From NCBI GenBank assembly GCA_965262915.1, contig OZ253564.1, positions 3,968,001-4,032,000 of the forward strand: DNA of 64,000 bases, read 5' to 3'. A program made the translations under genes and the position numbers. This document shows, one piece after another, positions 60,260 to 64,000 of this stretch; position 1 is the first letter of the stretch; each line of letters opens with the position of its first letter. The DNA comes from Candidatus Spongiisociaceae bacterium. Its GTDB lineage: Bacteria; Actinomycetota; Acidimicrobiia; Spongiisociales; Spongiisociaceae. The notes under the pieces were generated by a model, which worked only from the letters and a program-made list of their open reading frames with translations, was not told the DNA's origin and did no database searches.

Positions 60260-62682
60260 GATCCGCCCCCCGGACCGGACGCTTCCCGTATGGCTTGGCG
60301 GATGGCGGAGGGTGTCACCGGGGTGGCCTTGATCTCCACACCCAGGTCGGCGAGGGCCTCAGACACCGCCCCTACTACCACCGCCGCCGGGCCGATGGTT
60401 CCCCCTTCCCCGCAACCCTTGACACCGAGGGGCTGCTCGGGAGCCGGCGTCTCGAAGTGTTCGACGGTCATCTCCGGTACCTCGGAGCAAGTGGGGTACA
60501 GGTACTCCATGAAGGAGGCGAACAGGGGCCGGGCCGTCTCCGGGTCGTACTGGAAGTGCTCGTACATCGCTCCGGCGATCCCCTGCGCCACTCCCCCGTG
60601 GACCTGCCCGTCGATGATCATCGGGTTGATCATCGTGCCGCAGTCGTGGACCACCACGTAGTCCTCGATCTTGATCTCCCCGGTGCTGACCCGCACGCTG
60701 ACCACACCGGCGTGGGCACCGTTCGACCAGCTAGCCGCCGCATTGACCTTGCCGTCGAGGCCGGGTAGGTGCTCAAGTTCAGGCGGCTCGAAGTAGCCCG
60801 ACATCTCCAGGCCGGGCTCCATGCCCCGCGGCAAGTCGACGGTACGAACCCAGGCTGCGGTCGCTACCTGGGACCAGCTAACCGTCGGCGTGTCACTGCC
60901 CGCCACATGGAACCGGCTCTCGGTCAGCACGACATCATCGGCCGCCGCCTCCAGCATGTGGGCGGCGATCTCCTGCGCCTTGGCCAGCACCCGATCGGCG
61001 GCCATCAGGATCGACCCGCTCATCACTATCGCCGAGCGGCTGCCCCACGCCCCCAGCCCGTATGGTGCACGGTCTGTGTCACCCATGATGACCGTCACAT
61101 CGTCGGGATCCACGCCCAGCGCCTCGGCGGCCAGCTGGGCGGCGGTCGTCTCGGTGCCCTGGCCCAGGGCCGTTGTGCCCAGACCCACCCTGACCGCGCC
61201 GTCAGGATCGACCCTCATGGTGGCCGAGTCGTACCCGGCCCAGTGCCCGGTGGTGAGGTGGTAGGTGGGTGTGGTGGGCTCCACGTAGTTGGTGTACCCC
61301 ACCCCCACCCGTACGTCGGGATCGTCGGCGTACCTGGCCCGCACCCGCTCGACCGACGGAACAATCAACTCCAGCGCTCGCTCGAAACCTTTGGCGTGGG
61401 AACCCGAATCGATCCTCCCCCCGCCGTGCATCTGGTAGGGCATCTGGTCTTCCTGGAGCATCATCCGGCGACGGATCTCGACCCGGTCGGTCCCTGTGAG
61501 GCGGGCCACCCGGTCGATGATGCTCTCCATGACGAACATGCCCTCGGGCGTGCCAAACCCCCGATAGGCTCCGCTCGGAGTCTTGTTGGTGACCACACAG
61601 AAGTGATGCACCTCCATATTCTGAAAGTCATAGGCCCCCGTCAAGACTCCCCCGGTGACGAAGACGGTGGCAGTGCCGGGCATGAAGATCTCCCCCGATC
61701 CGACGTCGCAGTAGGCCTTGCAGCGGACGGCCCGGATGGTGCCGTCGTCGTCGTAGGCCACGTCCACATCGTGGCGCTGGTCCCTGGCGTGCACCCCGGA
61801 GACCAGATTCTCGAAGCGGTCCTCCAGCCAGCGCACCGGGCGTCCCAGCTTGCGAGCTATCCATGGTACGACCACATCCTCGGGATAGACGTGGGTCTTC
61901 GTGCCGAAACCTCCTCCCACGGCCGGGTTGATTACCCTGATCCTCGGCTCGGGAATACCGGTCATCTCGGCGATCGTGGTACGGACGATATGGGGGCTCT
62001 GCGTAGACGACCACACCGTGAGGTGACCGTCGACCTCATCCGCGAGGACCCCTCGGCACTCCAGAGGTAGCCCGGTCTGGCGCTGGCTGACGTAGGTGTC
62101 CGAGAAGGTATGGTCGGCTTCTTCGAAGGCCTCCCGCACCTCGGGTTTGTCGGCCGGGAAGTTGACCAGGAAGTTGTCGGACCAGCCGTCGTAGAGCTTA
62201 GGGGCGTCCGGGGCGAGCGCCTGATCCAGGTCGGCCACCGTGGGGAGCAGGTCGAACTCGGTGTGGGCGGCCACCAGGGCGGCGGCGTCCTCGGCCACGT
62301 ACCGGTCGGTGGCCACCACTGCCGCGTAGGGCGACCCGACGTAGCGCACCCGGTCCTCGGCGAGGGGGCGCTGGCCGACCGGCTGGATGTAGAGGATCTT
62401 GTGGGGAAAGGAGCCCACATCCGCCAGGTCGCCGCCTGTGAAGACGGCCGCCACCCCTGGTAGGGCGAGGGCCGGTCCGGTGTCGATGCTGCGGATGAGG
62501 GCGTGGGCCTCGGTACTGCGCACGAAGGCCACCTCGAGCATGCCGGGAAGTCTCAGATCGGCGATGTAGCGCTGGCGGCCCATCAACGGAGATCGGTCCT
62601 CCCGTCGGGGCACGGCTCTGCCGATGTGGCCGGCCCGATGACGGATCATCGGGTTGATGCGGGTGGGACTATCTATCGTCAT
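60256..62682 (-). CDS. Xanthine dehydrogenase family molybdopterin-binding subunit
   Basis: VGGGFGTK, AYRGFGTPE, GQVHGGVAQG, KGCGE. Confidence 0.92.
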   Translation of the reverse strand: MTIDSPTRINPMIRHRAGHIGRAVPRREDRSPLMGRQRYIADLRLPGMLEVAFVRSTEAHALIRSIDTGPALALPGVAAVFTGGDLADVGSFPHKILYIQPVGQRPLAEDRVRYVGSPYAAVVATDRYVAEDAAALVAAHTEFDLLPTVADLDQALAPDAPKLYDGWSDNFLVNFPADKPEVREAFEEADHTFSDTYVSQRQTGLPLECRGVLADEVDGHLTVWSSTQSPHIVRTTIAEMTGIPEPRIRVINPAVGGGFGTKTHVYPEDVVVPWIARKLGRPVRWLEDRFENLVSGVHARDQRHDVDVAYDDDGTIRAVRCKAYCDVGSGEIFMPGTATVFVTGGVLTGAYDFQNMEVHHFCVVTNKTPSGAYRGFGTPEGMFVMESIIDRVARLTGTDRVEIRRRMMLQEDQMPYQMHGGGRIDSGSHAKGFERALELIVPSVERVRARYADDPDVRVGVGYTNYVEPTTPTYHLTTGHWAGYDSATMRVDPDGAVRVGLGTTALGQGTETTAAQLAAEALGVDPDDVTVIMGDTDRAPYGLGAWGSRSAIVMSGSILMAADRVLAKAQEIAAHMLEAAADDVVLTESRFHVAGSDTPTVSWSQVATAAWVRTVDLPRGMEPGLEMSGYFEPPELEHLPGLDGKVNAAASWSNGAHAGVVSVRVSTGEIKIEDYVVVHDCGTMINPMIIDGQVHGGVAQGIAGAMYEHFQYDPETARPLFASFMEYLYPTCSEVPEMTVEHFETPAPEQPLGVKGCGEGGTIGPAAVVVGAVSEALADLGVEIKATPVTPSAIRQAIREASGPGGGS

Positions 62683-62772
62683 ATGCCTCCCCGATGTCCA
62701 AAACCCAATGGCGTCGAAGGCAACAATGCCGGCGCCAGGAGACGGTTTTATTGATGCAGATTATAGAGCGGG

Positions 62773-63663
62773 CTATCGCTCGCCGCGGTGGTAGGGGATG
62801 GTCAACGACAGCGGCACCCCGGAACGGCTGCGGTTGAACACCAGAGCCACGATTGTCAGCACGAACGGCAACGCCAGCAGCAGCTGGTAGGGCAGTTCGA
62901 CATCGCTGGCCTGCAGGGACAATTGCGTTGCCTCCAGGAACCCGAACAGCAACGAGCCGACCAGTACCCAGGTCGCCCTCCAGTTCCCGAATATCACTAT
63001 CGCCAGCGCGATCCATCCCCGGCCGGAGATGATGTCCGGGAAAAAGAGACCGGTCGAGCCGAGTGAGAGGAAGGACCCGCCAAGGCCCGCCATGACACCC
63101 CCGAATAACACTGCTACGTACTGGCGGGAGATGATGCCCACCCCCCGCATGTCGCATGCCTCGGGGTTGTGGCCGATACTGCGAAGCTCCAACCCGTACT
63201 TGGTTCGATACAGGAAGACCCAGATCACCGGGACCATCACGAAGGCGAAGTAGGTCAGCCAGGGCTGGCTCAAGGTCTCGACCGTCGGGATTTCGATGCT
63301 GCCCCCGGCCGCGTACACCGAGCGGTACCAGAAGAACGCCAGACCGATGCCGAGGATATTGAGGGCGAGGCCGGCCACCACCTGGTTCACCTTGGCGGTA
63401 ACGGTCATCAGCGCCATCAGTAGGGCCAGGGAGGCGCCGCCGATGCCTGCTGCCACCAAACCCGCCAACAGGCTTCCGGTCTCGTTGGCGACGTAGAAAC
63501 CGGCGAAGGCGCCCATCGTCATCGTCCCTTCCAGGCTGAGGTTCAGGATTCCGCTGCTCTCGCACACCAGTTCCCCCAGGGCGGTCAGGAGGAGGGGGGT
63601 GGCGATCCGCAACGTGGCCAGCAGGATCCCGAAGATGACCGCGCTGGTGAAGAAATCATCCAT
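62773..63663 (-). CDS. Nucleoside/purine ABC permease
   Basis: GELVCESSGILNLSLEG, GRGWIALAIVIFG. Confidence 0.9.
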   Translation of the reverse strand: MDDFFTSAVIFGILLATLRIATPLLLTALGELVCESSGILNLSLEGTMTMGAFAGFYVANETGSLLAGLVAAGIGGASLALLMALMTVTAKVNQVVAGLALNILGIGLAFFWYRSVYAAGGSIEIPTVETLSQPWLTYFAFVMVPVIWVFLYRTKYGLELRSIGHNPEACDMRGVGIISRQYVAVLFGGVMAGLGGSFLSLGSTGLFFPDIISGRGWIALAIVIFGNWRATWVLVGSLLFGFLEATQLSLQASDVELPYQLLLALPFVLTIVALVFNRSRSGVPLSLTIPYHRGER

Positions 63664-64000
63664 GCCGCTTGACCCTCCGGATCCGGTAGCGGGAGACCAC
63701 GGCGGCGATCAGCACCAAGGCCAGGGCGGTTCCCTCGATGACGAACACCAGGGCCTTCGGTATGCCGGTCTCGACCTGCATGGCGGTGGACCCGTTCACC
63801 AGCGCTCCGAACGCGATAGCGGCGACGATCACTCCCAGTGGATGGAGGCGGGCGACCAGCGCGATGATGATCCCCGTGAACCCGATGCCTTCCGCGATGT
63901 CCAACTGCAGGCGGTGGTGGAGGCCCAGCAACTCCCCCGCGCCGGCGAGACCGGCCAGCGCACCCGATATGGCCATCACCGCCAGGGTCACCGTACCGAC
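63656..64000 (-). CDS. Nucleoside/purine ABC permease, 3' part (runs off window)
   Basis: ISGALAGLAGA, GFTGIIIALVARLHP. Confidence 0.85.
   Translation of the reverse strand, partial: VGTVTLAVMAISGALAGLAGAGELLGLHHRLQLDIAEGIGFTGIIIALVARLHPLGVIVAAIAFGALVNGSTAMQVETGIPKALVFVIEGTALALVLIAAVVSRYRIRRVKRHG

Overview
High-GC actinobacterial DNA. The tandem CIRCE boxes before groES-groEL and the Thr/Ala-linker lipoproteins suggest an Acidimicrobiia-like, possibly host-associated organism (inference). Most of the window is catabolic and transport clusters: two xanthine-dehydrogenase-family molybdoenzyme trios, two NdmA-like Rieske oxygenases with ferredoxin and reductase, four ABC systems, amidohydrolases, SDRs and Lrp/IclR regulators. 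It also carries groES-groEL, an initiator tRNA-Met, two toxin-antitoxin pairs and many IS remnants. Best-supported discovery: an intact IS110 (27417-28891), whose recombinase has an extra C-terminal HTH, sits inside the right inverted repeat of an ISL3. Its left end has a bridge-RNA-like fold with four guide segments matching the ISL3 repeat and its own end junction. A related left end with different guides (1970-2118) and a right end (5011) bracket a Schlafen/AlbA_2 gene and a DISARM scar. Also notable: a DUF3800 nuclease followed by a structured ~210-nt RNA candidate and an orphan toxin-like/cadherin-like fusion. All calls are by-eye motif recognition; no searches were run.
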